A stretch of 64,000 bases of DNA from Spirochaetia bacterium. Its GTDB lineage: Bacteria > Spirochaetota > Spirochaetia > CAKZLE01. The stretch covers positions 2,656,001 to 2,720,000 of the forward strand of contig OY782041.1 in the NCBI GenBank assembly GCA_963677595.1, in the 5' to 3' direction. This document shows, one piece after another, positions 19,270 through 27,673 of the stretch. The translations under genes and the position numbers were made by a program. Numbering within the stretch: the stretch's first letter is position 1; each line of letters begins with the position of its first letter. The notes under the pieces are model-generated. The model had not been told where the DNA came from. It saw only the letters and a program-made list of their open reading frames with translations, and ran no database searches.

Positions 19270-20043
19270 ATGGCAAAAGAAGAGAAACCACTGATCCAGT
19301 CTGTCGACAGGTCGCTCATCCTCCTGAAGCATATCGCCTCAAACCCGGGGAGGAGCCACACGCTCAGTGAGCTGACCGAGGTCCTCTCCATAGACCGCAG
19401 TTCGGTCTTCAGGCTGCTCTCCACCCTGATCAGCCACGGCCTGGTCCGGCAGGAAGAGAACGGGAAGCAGTACCGGCTCGGCTACGGGATCTTCAGCCTG
19501 GCATCATCACTGCGCGCACAGGAGAAGATCACGACCATCGCCGCCCCCTACCTGAAGGAACTGGTCAAGCGGACCGGTGAGAACGCCCACCTGGCAGTCA
19601 GGTCCAAGACCTCCTGCATCTTCATCGACCGGGAGCTCGGCAGCAATACGTTATCGGCGAACACGAACATCGGGGATTCGGAGGAGCTCTACTGCACGGC
19701 AGTGGGGAAGAGCCTGATCTGCGATCTCGGGCTGAAGGAGCTCGAGGACCTGCTCGGGGATGTGGAGTTCACCCCCTTTACGAAGAATACCATCACCTCC
19801 ATCGCCGACCTGCTGCCTGAACTGGCGGCAGTCCGAGAGAAGGGGTATGCTGTGGACAATGAGGAGTTCGAGCAGAACATCCAGTGTATCGGTGCCCCGG
19901 TCTATAACTTCGAGAACAGGATAGAGGCCGCCATCGGCATCTCCGGTCCCAAGGTCAGGATGAGCAGCAGACTCGAGGAGATCGGCCTGATCGTCAGGGA
20001 GGCTGGCCTCTCCATGAGCAGGCTCCTCGGACACCGGCAGTAA
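19270..20043 (+). CDS. IclR family transcriptional regulator
   Basis: IQSVDRSL...RSSVFRLL HTH; CTAVGK; GYAVDNEE. Confidence 0.95.
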   Translation: MAKEEKPLIQSVDRSLILLKHIASNPGRSHTLSELTEVLSIDRSSVFRLLSTLISHGLVRQEENGKQYRLGYGIFSLASSLRAQEKITTIAAPYLKELVKRTGENAHLAVRSKTSCIFIDRELGSNTLSANTNIGDSEELYCTAVGKSLICDLGLKELEDLLGDVEFTPFTKNTITSIADLLPELAAVREKGYAVDNEEFEQNIQCIGAPVYNFENRIEAAIGISGPKVRMSSRLEEIGLIVREAGLSMSRLLGHRQ

Positions 20044-20049
20044 GCCCGG

Positions 20050-20467
20050 TCAGAACGGGTTGGTTATCCTCAATCGCTTGAGCTTCCTCCCATCCTGGAG
20101 GTCCTCTGAATAGAGGACCTTCACACCGCTGCGCAGCGCTGATGCAGTCATCAGGCTGTCATACCACGAGTACCCGGTCTCCATCCTGATCATCAATGCC
20201 TCCCGATAGATCCGTTGGTCAGGCCATACCGTACAGAGCGGCAGCAGCACCTGGTCAATAAAGGTTCCCAACTGCTCGATCGGCATCGGCTTGGTGAACT
20301 GCCGCAATGCCGCATTGGAGAATTCCTTAGATCACCTGAGGGCTGATACAACCTTCATCTCTGAGGGCTCGACGTATCAGCTCCCTGGCAGTCGCCTGTT
20401 TCTCCGGTGCGGTGGAATCGAACGAGTAGACGATGATATTGGTATCGAGGAAGAAGCTAGCGTTCAT
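20050..20467 (-). pseudogene. vapC: PIN-domain VapC toxin, frameshifted
   Basis: MNASFFLDTNIIVYS...ISPQVI then TAA at 20327-20329; continues in another frame KEFSN...YSWYDS...LYSEDLQDG...NPF; span 418 nt = 3n+1. Confidence 0.88.
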
Positions 20468-20678
20468 TGAGCTCCTCCCTCGAGTAGTGGCTGCCTGCCT
20501 CACAGACAGAAGAGAGGTTCTCCATCAGTACTTCATAGGCATCGCTGCTGCTGCCCTGCCTGAGCCACCCCTCCAGCCAGGACCTGAACAGCTCGTTGAG
20601 ACTCCGGTGCTCATGAGCTGCTTTCTCCTTTGCCCTCATGAGCAGATTGTCATCCACGCTGAATGTGATATTCTTCAT
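20457..20678 (-). CDS. Ribbon-helix-helix antitoxin (VapB-like)
   Basis: MKNITFSVDDNLL...SLNELFRSWL...YSREELNER; overlaps the toxin start. Confidence 0.85.
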   Translation of the reverse strand: MKNITFSVDDNLLMRAKEKAAHEHRSLNELFRSWLEGWLRQGSSSDAYEVLMENLSSVCEAGSHYSREELNER

Positions 20679-20687
20679 CTCATACCT

Positions 20688-20715
20688 CACGAATATAGTG
20701 TGCACGAGTTTCGTG
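20688..20715. promoter_or_regulatory. Tandem palindromes; probable TA autoregulatory operator
   Basis: CACGAATATAGTG and CACGAGTTTCGTG immediately upstream of the antitoxin. Confidence 0.55.
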
Positions 20716-20768
20716 TAGAAGCCAAGGGTGTAAAGACCAATTTCCTTCTGGGGAGTTCTTTTTTTGTT

Positions 20769-20803
20769 TTGACAATAGAACAATGCTATTGTAAGATATG
20801 CAA
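20769..20803 (+). promoter_or_regulatory. sigma70 promoter with overlapping operator upstream of the GPH symporter
   Basis: TTGACA-17-TAAGAT; ACAATAG-N7-CTATTGT between the hexamers. Confidence 0.65.
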
Positions 20804-20821
20804 CAAAAGGAGAATCTTACC

Positions 20822-22180
20822 ATGGATAACAAACTGACAATGAAGACCAAGGTCGGCTTCGGCATCTGTGATGTCGGGGGCAACCTCTTCTTCACGGTGA
20901 TGGCCTTCCAGCTGGCATCCTACCTGACCGATACTGTCGGCATGACGGCAGTGCTGATGGGTATCTCGATGATGATCGGGAGGATCGTGGACGCTGTCAC
21001 CGATCCCCTCATGGGGTTTATATCAGATCGGACGAGAAGCCGGTGGGGGAGGAGGAGGCCATACCTCCTCTTTGGGGCTATCCCGCTCTTCGTCTGTATG
21101 GTGCTCATGTTCACGAACCCCCATATGGAGTCCCAGGGGAACCTGTTCGTCTGGATCACCCTCATCTTCTGCCTGCTCTCCGTAGCCTATACGGTGGTGA
21201 ACATCCCCTACGGGGCCCTGACCCCTGAGCTGACGAAGGACTTCCACCAGAGGACCGTCCTCAACGGCTACCGGATGAGCTTCGCGGTTGTCGGGACGCT
21301 CCTCGGTGCCGGTGCTGCACTGCCGATCATCCAGTCGGCAGCTGACGAGTCAGCCGGGTACCGGCTCATGGGCATCATCTTTGGCGGGATCATGATGGTC
21401 ACTGCCCTGATCACCTTCTTCACCGTGAAGGAGCCCTCACAGCCCGCAGCACAGAAGCACGAGAAGCGGTTCCTCCTGAAGGAGTATGTGACGGCCTTCA
21501 GGAACAAGCCGTTTTTGCTCATCCTCATCCCCTGGGCCCTTTTCATCACCGGGGTCACGATCACGAGCAGCAGCCTCAAGTACTATTTCGAGTATGTGGT
21601 ACTCGATGCGAACGGGGTGACGATGGCGCTGCTCGTCCTGCTGGTATTCGCACTGCTGGGCATCCCCGTCTGGGTGAAGGTATCGAAGAGGATAGGCAAG
21701 CGCCTCTCCTATATGACCGGCATGGCGATCTTCTCTGCCGGCATCCTCCTGCTCTCCTTCCTCGGGGACCGGGTCTCTGTCACTGGGCTCTACTGCATCA
21801 TGGCCCTGACCGGGGCGGGGCTGTCTACTCACTACATCATTCCCTACGCGCTGATCCCCGACGTGATCGAGTGGGATTACGCCCATACCGGGCAGCGGAG
21901 GGAAGGCATCTACTACGGGCTGTGGACCTTCATCAGCAAGCTCGGCCAGGCCCTCTCAGGCCTGATCATCGGCATCACGCTGAGCGCCTCGGGTTATGTG
22001 GCGAACACGATGCAGGGAGCTGCGAGCGTCAGCGCCATCCGATTCCTCACCGGTGCGATCCCGACGGTCGTGATCATCGCGGGGATCCTGGTGATACGGA
22101 GCTACCCGATCTCCGAGGAGGTCTACCGGGAGATCATCCTGAAATCAGAGAAGCTTGACCGGGCGGATGAGACCGTCTGA
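20822..22180 (+). CDS. GPH family (MelB/UidB-like) sugar:cation symporter, MFS
   Basis: DAVTDPLMGFISDRTRSRWGRRRPY, NIPYGAL, TGQRREGIY; AGGAG RBS before ATG 20822. Confidence 0.93.
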   Translation: MDNKLTMKTKVGFGICDVGGNLFFTVMAFQLASYLTDTVGMTAVLMGISMMIGRIVDAVTDPLMGFISDRTRSRWGRRRPYLLFGAIPLFVCMVLMFTNPHMESQGNLFVWITLIFCLLSVAYTVVNIPYGALTPELTKDFHQRTVLNGYRMSFAVVGTLLGAGAALPIIQSAADESAGYRLMGIIFGGIMMVTALITFFTVKEPSQPAAQKHEKRFLLKEYVTAFRNKPFLLILIPWALFITGVTITSSSLKYYFEYVVLDANGVTMALLVLLVFALLGIPVWVKVSKRIGKRLSYMTGMAIFSAGILLLSFLGDRVSVTGLYCIMALTGAGLSTHYIIPYALIPDVIEWDYAHTGQRREGIYYGLWTFISKLGQALSGLIIGITLSASGYVANTMQGAASVSAIRFLTGAIPTVVIIAGILVIRSYPISEEVYREIILKSEKLDRADETV

Positions 22181-22226
22181 CCAGCATATAAGAACACTAC
22201 AAGAAACCTAAAGGAGAAAAACGAAC

Positions 22227-22850
22227 ATGAACAACCCAGAAGCTACCGAACAGGCTCTGGCCATCCTGAGGAACGGCAAGGACTTCCAGTGGTACATCAT
22301 TCCGCTGCTGATGTTTGCCTTCTATGTCTATTTCAACGAGTATTCCAAGGGGAACTACCGTGGTATCGCAGCGGGGCTCTCCCTCTACATGGTCCACTGG
22401 TTCTTCGAGATCGTCAATGCACTGATCCAGCACTTCAGCGGGCACGCCCTGTGGACGGTCCCTACCGGGACCGGCTTCCTCCTGCTGGTGGGTGTCTGTG
22501 CCGAGCTCAGCATCATGTTCTCCATCGCGGGAGTCGTCTACAGCAAGCTGCTCGATGAGGACCCGAAGAAGAAGATCCTCGGGATCAACAACCGCCTCTT
22601 CATCGCCCTGGGTACGGCAGCCTTCTTCTCAGTCTTCGAGATCTTCCTTGCCAAGACCCCGGCCTTCATCTGGGTCTACTCCTGGTGGGGGTCTATCCCG
22701 GTCTTCCTAACGGTCTACATCCCCTTCTTCGTCGTGTCGATGTACTCCTACGACTGGAAGCCGAAGACCCAGAAGCTCGTCATCGGCTCGCTGTTCGCGG
22801 TGAATGCCCTGATGCTGGTCATCTTCGCCGGCTTCCTCAAGTGGATCTGA
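22227..22850 (+). CDS. Hypothetical multi-pass membrane protein
   Basis: About six hydrophobic segments, AAGGAG RBS, genome-like codon usage. Confidence 0.85.
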   Translation: MNNPEATEQALAILRNGKDFQWYIIPLLMFAFYVYFNEYSKGNYRGIAAGLSLYMVHWFFEIVNALIQHFSGHALWTVPTGTGFLLLVGVCAELSIMFSIAGVVYSKLLDEDPKKKILGINNRLFIALGTAAFFSVFEIFLAKTPAFIWVYSWWGSIPVFLTVYIPFFVVSMYSYDWKPKTQKLVIGSLFAVNALMLVIFAGFLKWI

Positions 22851-22874
22851 CCTGCGCCTGAGAAGTCAACGAAA

Positions 22875-22922
22875 TGCCATCGTAATAGCAAATAAACCGG
22901 ATAATTTGTCATTACGATGGCA
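22875..22922. terminator. Long hairpin between convergent genes
   Basis: TGCCATCGTAAT...ATTACGATGGCA with inner GCAAAT/ATTTGT pairing. Confidence 0.55.
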
Positions 22923-22971
22923 GAATACCGAGTTTCTACGATATCATGGGGGCTCGCCGGAAAATCTCCCT

Positions 22972-23955
22972 CTACCATGGTATCTTCTTAATCAGATAGT
23001 CCAAGGCTGCTTCTATCCGCTCATCTTGCGAGTCCTTGAATTCGAGATAGACAGAGAGGGGATCGGCAATCCCATTTCTTGAGAACAGCCGTGGGTCATA
23101 AGCCCATTTTTGGATGGTCATGTCTGTTTCGCTGATCTCTTTCTGTTCTGCAGGTTCCATGATTATATCTTTTTGCCTGTTGAACATGGCGAATGTTGGT
23201 TGATCCGGTTCCTGTATCAGCGAGTAGCAGGTTAGGGCAGATTCTCCCGCTCGTACCAGATGCGTATCAACCCGGAATGGAATAGTATAGGATGATGTGA
23301 CAGGAGAACGCAGCAGGGGCAGGGTGATGTCCCAGAGTTCCCTTTTGTCTGCATCAAAGACCAAAGTCTTCTCTTTCCCAGACCTCCTGATGGATGCGAT
23401 ATGGTGCAGTTCCAACTCGCTAAAAGCCCGTCCAATCGACATGTTAGACAACCCGATCTTTCCTGACATCCTGGAAGGCGATTCCCTGATCCATTCATGT
23501 CCATACAGTTTGCCAAGGATCAAGACCTGTGCTGTGGGACTGAGTGTGCCAGATGCTTTTCTCTCAGGCGGGAAGAACTCCTTCAGATCCATTCCCATGA
23601 ACGGTAGATACAGCTGTTTTGCTGGTATGATGAAAGGTATTCTTGCTTTGATCAACCGTGCTCTGTCTGTTGCAGACAGGCTGCTATGTGAGTAGATTAC
23701 CCCTCCACTCCAGTACCGGCTCAGCATCTTCACATGCTTGGAAATTGTTGCCGGAGTATTCCTGTGTCGGTTGGTATCTATGAGAACCAGATTGCCCGAA
23801 CCTGCTATACGCAGTATGAGGAAGGAATACCGTTCTCTGAGAAGCAGAGGGATGCTCCCCTCATCTTCCCAGAAACTGGTTTTGACAGCAAGGCTCAAGG
23901 TCTGCTCGATGTATGAGACAAGTTTGGCAATATATGGCTCAGTATTTACTAACAT
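22972..23955 (-). CDS. wHTH (MarR-like) protein of the type usually paired with AbiEii-like nucleotidyltransferases
   Basis: RIPFIIPAKQLYLPFMG, central HTH, AGESAL, DPLSVYL...DERIEAAL; lower GC than the flanks. Confidence 0.65.
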   Translation of the reverse strand: MLVNTEPYIAKLVSYIEQTLSLAVKTSFWEDEGSIPLLLRERYSFLILRIAGSGNLVLIDTNRHRNTPATISKHVKMLSRYWSGGVIYSHSSLSATDRARLIKARIPFIIPAKQLYLPFMGMDLKEFFPPERKASGTLSPTAQVLILGKLYGHEWIRESPSRMSGKIGLSNMSIGRAFSELELHHIASIRRSGKEKTLVFDADKRELWDITLPLLRSPVTSSYTIPFRVDTHLVRAGESALTCYSLIQEPDQPTFAMFNRQKDIIMEPAEQKEISETDMTIQKWAYDPRLFSRNGIADPLSVYLEFKDSQDERIEAALDYLIKKIPW

Positions 23956-23961
23956 TGTATC

Positions 23962-23992
23962 TGAATAATAACATTAAGACTGTTATTATTCA
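23962..23992. promoter_or_regulatory. Perfect 12-bp inverted repeat directly upstream of the wHTH gene; probable autoregulatory operator
   Basis: TGAATAATAACA-N7-TGTTATTATTCA. Confidence 0.65.
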
Positions 23993-24066
23993 AGAATAAT
24001 GTTATTAAATATATATACCGCTACCCGTTCAACTTGGAGATCAAACTCATGGACTCCCTTGGTCCT

Positions 24067-25425
24067 TCATCGCAGCGGGTCCCGATTCTCGTACCTATCG
24101 TTCTCTTCCATGACCGTATCGATATCCTGTAATCCAAGCCCCACTAACTCGATCTCATACCCCCGGTATTTCCTGGCCAGGTTCCCGGCTTTCTGGTTCA
24201 ACGTGTTCAGATTGACTTTATCCTTATTCAGTCTTATCTCACCTATAACCAGTTTCTTATGAATCTCATCTATACAGACCAGATCTATTTCGTTCTGGTT
24301 CCCCCGTTCCCAGTACGTACCGATCTCATTGAATCTCCCAGAACTGCGGTAGATCTCATGATACAGCTTTTCAAGGATGGGGCCGCTATAGGAACTCAGG
24401 CTCTCTTCCAGCTTCCTCTTGATAAACGCATGATTGTTATTCTCGATTGCCGATCGGTATGTATAGACGAATCTGAACCAGAACTTCAGGAAATTATCCT
24501 TTATGTAATATTTCTGGATCCTGCCAGTCGGCTTTGCACCGATTGGTTTCATCTTCCCGATCAGGTCATAATCAGTGACGAGCTTCTCCAGATACCCTCC
24601 AATATCCTTCTCCAGGATCGATTCTATCTCACTGCGGGAAGTCCTGCCCGCTGAGAGCAGCTCCAGAATCGAGAAGTAGGTGCCATACTCTTTACCGAAC
24701 TCTTCGATGAGGATCGTCCTGCCCTCTTCTATGAAGGGGGAATCAGCCTCGAAATAGAAATCCAATAATTCCTCTTCGTCATATTTTTTATTATCGAGGA
24801 GTATCTCCTGATATCTCGGCACTCCCCCGGTCAGTAGGTAGTTCATGAACAGATTATGTATACTATACTTCTCATGATCGGACAGGATCTCTTTTATCAC
24901 CTTGGGGGGGAAGGGTTTGAGGTACAGGATCCTGTCCGCTCTCCCAAACAGCGGTTCTTTACTGTTCTTGAATATTCTATGCATCAATGAGTAGATTGAT
25001 CCGATGCATATGAGATGTACCTCTGTCGTGTCCTTGTATTCATCCCATAGATTCTGTATCTCAGCATATACAGCAGTATTCACGTGAAAGAACTCCTGGA
25101 ACTCATCGATGATGACTACGATCTTCTCCTTCTTCCCGATTTCCAGGATCAATCTGAATACATCCCGGAATCTTCTCACGTCCCCGATGACTGGTATATC
25201 GAATTCCTGCTGTATCCTGCCTATGAACTCATCACACAGGAGTACTTCGCTCTTCTTGGAGACAAACAGGTAGAGACTCTTCTTATCCTGGGCATAGATT
25301 CGTGACAGTGATGTCTTCCCTATGCGTCTCCTGCCGGTGATCACGGTCATGATCGATTTGTTATGAACTTGGGAGTATTGTCTCTCGAGCAGCCCCAACT
25401 CCCGTTCTCTTGCGTAGAACTTCAT
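24067..25425 (-). CDS. Archaeal-type AAA ATPase with C-terminal DUF234/PD-(D/E)XK-like domain
   Basis: MKFYARERE, Walker A GRRRIGKT, Walker B IIDEFQ, TGGVPRY, DNFLKFWFRF, EIDLV. Confidence 0.9.
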   Translation of the reverse strand: MKFYARERELGLLERQYSQVHNKSIMTVITGRRRIGKTSLSRIYAQDKKSLYLFVSKKSEVLLCDEFIGRIQQEFDIPVIGDVRRFRDVFRLILEIGKKEKIVVIIDEFQEFFHVNTAVYAEIQNLWDEYKDTTEVHLICIGSIYSLMHRIFKNSKEPLFGRADRILYLKPFPPKVIKEILSDHEKYSIHNLFMNYLLTGGVPRYQEILLDNKKYDEEELLDFYFEADSPFIEEGRTILIEEFGKEYGTYFSILELLSAGRTSRSEIESILEKDIGGYLEKLVTDYDLIGKMKPIGAKPTGRIQKYYIKDNFLKFWFRFVYTYRSAIENNNHAFIKRKLEESLSSYSGPILEKLYHEIYRSSGRFNEIGTYWERGNQNEIDLVCIDEIHKKLVIGEIRLNKDKVNLNTLNQKAGNLARKYRGYEIELVGLGLQDIDTVMEENDRYENRDPLR

Positions 25426-25585
25426 GCGAACCCCTGTTAAAGAAATATATATTACTGTAACACAGGTTACTATAATTGGCAAGTTCGAAGTCGACAGCAA
25501 CCTCTGCTGACGCAGAGAGGATCGGTATCATGCTGCCTGTGAGATGATGAAGGGATAGTGTTGGAGATGGACCATAAGGAGGCAT

Positions 25586-25613
25586 AGGGGGCAGGAGAGA
25601 AATCCTGCCCCCT
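25586..25613 (-). terminator. GC-rich hairpin downstream of the pRiA4b ORF3-like gene
   Basis: AGGGGGCAGGA-GAGAAA-TCCTGCCCCCT. Confidence 0.6.
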
Positions 25614-25618
25614 GTTGA

Positions 25619-26740
25619 TCAGAAGAACCGTGTGAGCTTCGGTCTGGAAAGAATACCTTTCAGCATGACGTTCGTACCCTCTTTGGTGAAGAAGCGGGGT
25701 ATGAGATCCCCTTCCGTCCATTCCTTGATCTCTTCGTACTCTGCATTCGTCGGGTCCTCAAGGACCTCCATCATGTACATATAACCGCCTGGTCCCCCGC
25801 AGTCCTCCCAGGGGGTATCACCCTTGCCGCCGGTGCAGGTGACCTCGCTGCCGACCGGTCTCAGGATTCCCTTTTTGAAGGTGATCAGGTGTTCCCAGTA
25901 GTCACCGAAGTCATAGATATAAGTGAACTGCTTGAACGACTGAGCGATCTCACCGACGGTGATCTCGTCTTCATTGATCGGCTCCTCCCGGAAGAAGGAG
26001 AACATCGAGCCTGCCTCATCCTCCTCCGGCCCGATCGTATAGGACCCAGCCTTGAATTCATGCAGGTGGGCATTGTCCCACTCGAAGGCTGCCTGGATGA
26101 TCTCATGCAGCTTCCCGAGCGAGGCTGAGATCGGGACCTCAAGGTCCCGGTAGACCTTGTAGGGGGCGGGGAGGCGGAGGGTGATCTTCATCTTGACCAT
26201 GGGGATCATCTCTGCTGCCACTTCGCTGCCCTTCGATTCCAGGGCTGCCTTCATGGCCTCGACGGGGACGATCTTATTACCGTCGATCCGTATGGCCTTG
26301 GAAGAGAGGCTGGAAGCAAGGTCCGTGAAGTCCTCCTCACTCTCCTCGAAGAGTTTCTTCCACCGGCTCAGGCGGTTCATCATCGACTGCGCACTAGCCC
26401 CAGATTTCATGGTTATCACGGCTCCCTCTGTCAGGTACGACTCGATGAGTGCCTCATCGAAGCCTTCCCGCAGGAATGCCGCTCTCATGGCAGAGAGGAT
26501 GATCTCATCGTCATACTTCTCATAAAGGCGGCTCAGGGCCGCTATTTCATCGGGATCCGGATCCTCCCGCGTCACGACACAGAAGCCTGTGGCAATATTC
26601 GCGAGCAGGATCCACTGATCATACTCGTCATCAATAAACCCGGTGGCGACCCAGGTGAATCTCTCGGCATAGGATGCGGTAGGTCTCAGCGTTCGGTAGC
26701 CAAATCCCCTAAACAGTTTTGCAGAACATTCAATGAGCAT
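25619..26740 (-). CDS. Plasmid pRiA4b ORF-3 family protein (IS1096 TnpR-like C-terminal domain)
   Basis: LHEIIQAAFEWDNAHLHEF, YIYDFGDYWEH, PWEDCGGPGGY; AGGAGG before ATG 26740. Confidence 0.9.
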   Translation of the reverse strand: MLIECSAKLFRGFGYRTLRPTASYAERFTWVATGFIDDEYDQWILLANIATGFCVVTREDPDPDEIAALSRLYEKYDDEIILSAMRAAFLREGFDEALIESYLTEGAVITMKSGASAQSMMNRLSRWKKLFEESEEDFTDLASSLSSKAIRIDGNKIVPVEAMKAALESKGSEVAAEMIPMVKMKITLRLPAPYKVYRDLEVPISASLGKLHEIIQAAFEWDNAHLHEFKAGSYTIGPEEDEAGSMFSFFREEPINEDEITVGEIAQSFKQFTYIYDFGDYWEHLITFKKGILRPVGSEVTCTGGKGDTPWEDCGGPGGYMYMMEVLEDPTNAEYEEIKEWTEGDLIPRFFTKEGTNVMLKGILSRPKLTRFF

Positions 26741-26882
26741 ATAAATCCTCCTTCTCCAGTCATGGAATTGTACCGTGTAATCATCGTTCATGTCGACTGA
26801 AACCTGCACCGTGAATGAAGAAAATACAAACAGGAATCTTGTTGTGCAGGGGTGGGATTGGTGATACGTTTGGGATGATCAA

Positions 26883-26926
26883 AGAAGTTGCTTTTTCAAA
26901 AACATAGGTATGGCAGGACTTGAACC
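26883..26926 (-). repeat. Degenerate copy of the tRNA 3' end plus downstream flank (att-site scar)
   Basis: 33/44 colinear identity with 27401-27444, including exact CAGGACTTGAACC and AGAAGTTGC. Confidence 0.7.
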
Positions 26927-26979
26927 AGTACCGTGTCTTTTTGCGGTGCTTATGGTGCGGTATTGGCGGTTTGCCAGCT

Positions 26980-27251
26980 GTCTTTGGCTTATCAGCAAGC
27001 AATCCATTCGTGTATGTATGAATCAAACGAGTGATCAATGTCTGGTACGGTAATCCTTCTTGGACTGCTGTTCTCTCAATGCCTTACTGGTCATTCTCCG
27101 ATACCCTGATAGTCACCCTCTTGTTCGTCTTGAGTGTATTCGCAGCTATCTCGGAGAACCGCTCTTTTTCACTATCGCTGAGCCCGGAGGATTTCAGTTT
27201 CCCAGATTCGTAATCTTCGAGTATCTCTTTCTCATATTCATCGGGATCCAT
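26980..27251 (-). pseudogene. BrnA/CopG-type antitoxin pseudogene
   Basis: MDPDEYEKEILEDYESG...KRVTIRVSENDQ*GIERTAVQEGLPYQTLITRLIHTYTNG; in-frame TAA at 27084-27086; GAGGAGG RBS; 3' limit approximate. Confidence 0.8.
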
Positions 27252-27422
27252 CTTTATCCTCCTCGATATACGTATCCATATGGTACTATACCGTCATGTG
27301 TGCCTTTTGGGAACAAAAGACGGCTCAAGTTCAGAGAATTGCAGCAGGTGACCATTGGTGCCACTTTGTGGCAAACAAAAAGGCAACCTCTTGTATTATT
27401 AGAAGTTGCCTTGTAACAAAAA

Positions 27423-27496
27423 TGGGCCCACCAGGACTTGAACCTGGGACCCACGGATTATGAGTCCGTTGCTCTAACCAACTGAGCTATAGGCCC
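27423..27496 (-). tRNA. tRNA-Ile2 (anticodon CAT, lysidine type); CCA not encoded
   Basis: GGGCCTATAGCTCAGTTGGTTAGAGCAACGGACTCATAATCCGTGGGTCCCAGGTTCAAGTCCTGGTGGGCCCA cloverleaf; body resembles Ile2 rather than initiator Met; elongator Met not fully excluded. Confidence 0.9.
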
Positions 27497-27673
27497 GTGA
27501 GATGTATCATATTGAAAACTGGTGATTCATGTCAAGTATGACAGGTCCATGAATCTTGTGAGGGTGTAATAAAATACGCAAATAATCCTTTTACTCGAAG
27601 ATAGGGTAGGCTATACTTATCACTACATAGAGTTGGATAAGAATAGAGACTATCAAGTCCTTGGGAGGAATAC

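Noticed and set aside
27254-27454. ORF upstream of the BrnA-like pseudogene as a BrnT toxin
   Set aside because: It starts inside the tRNA and has no BrnT-like motifs.
27423-27496. Calling the CAT-anticodon tRNA initiator tRNA-Met
   Set aside because: It has a paired G1-C72 and lacks the three consecutive G-C pairs in the anticodon stem; the body resembles Ile2.
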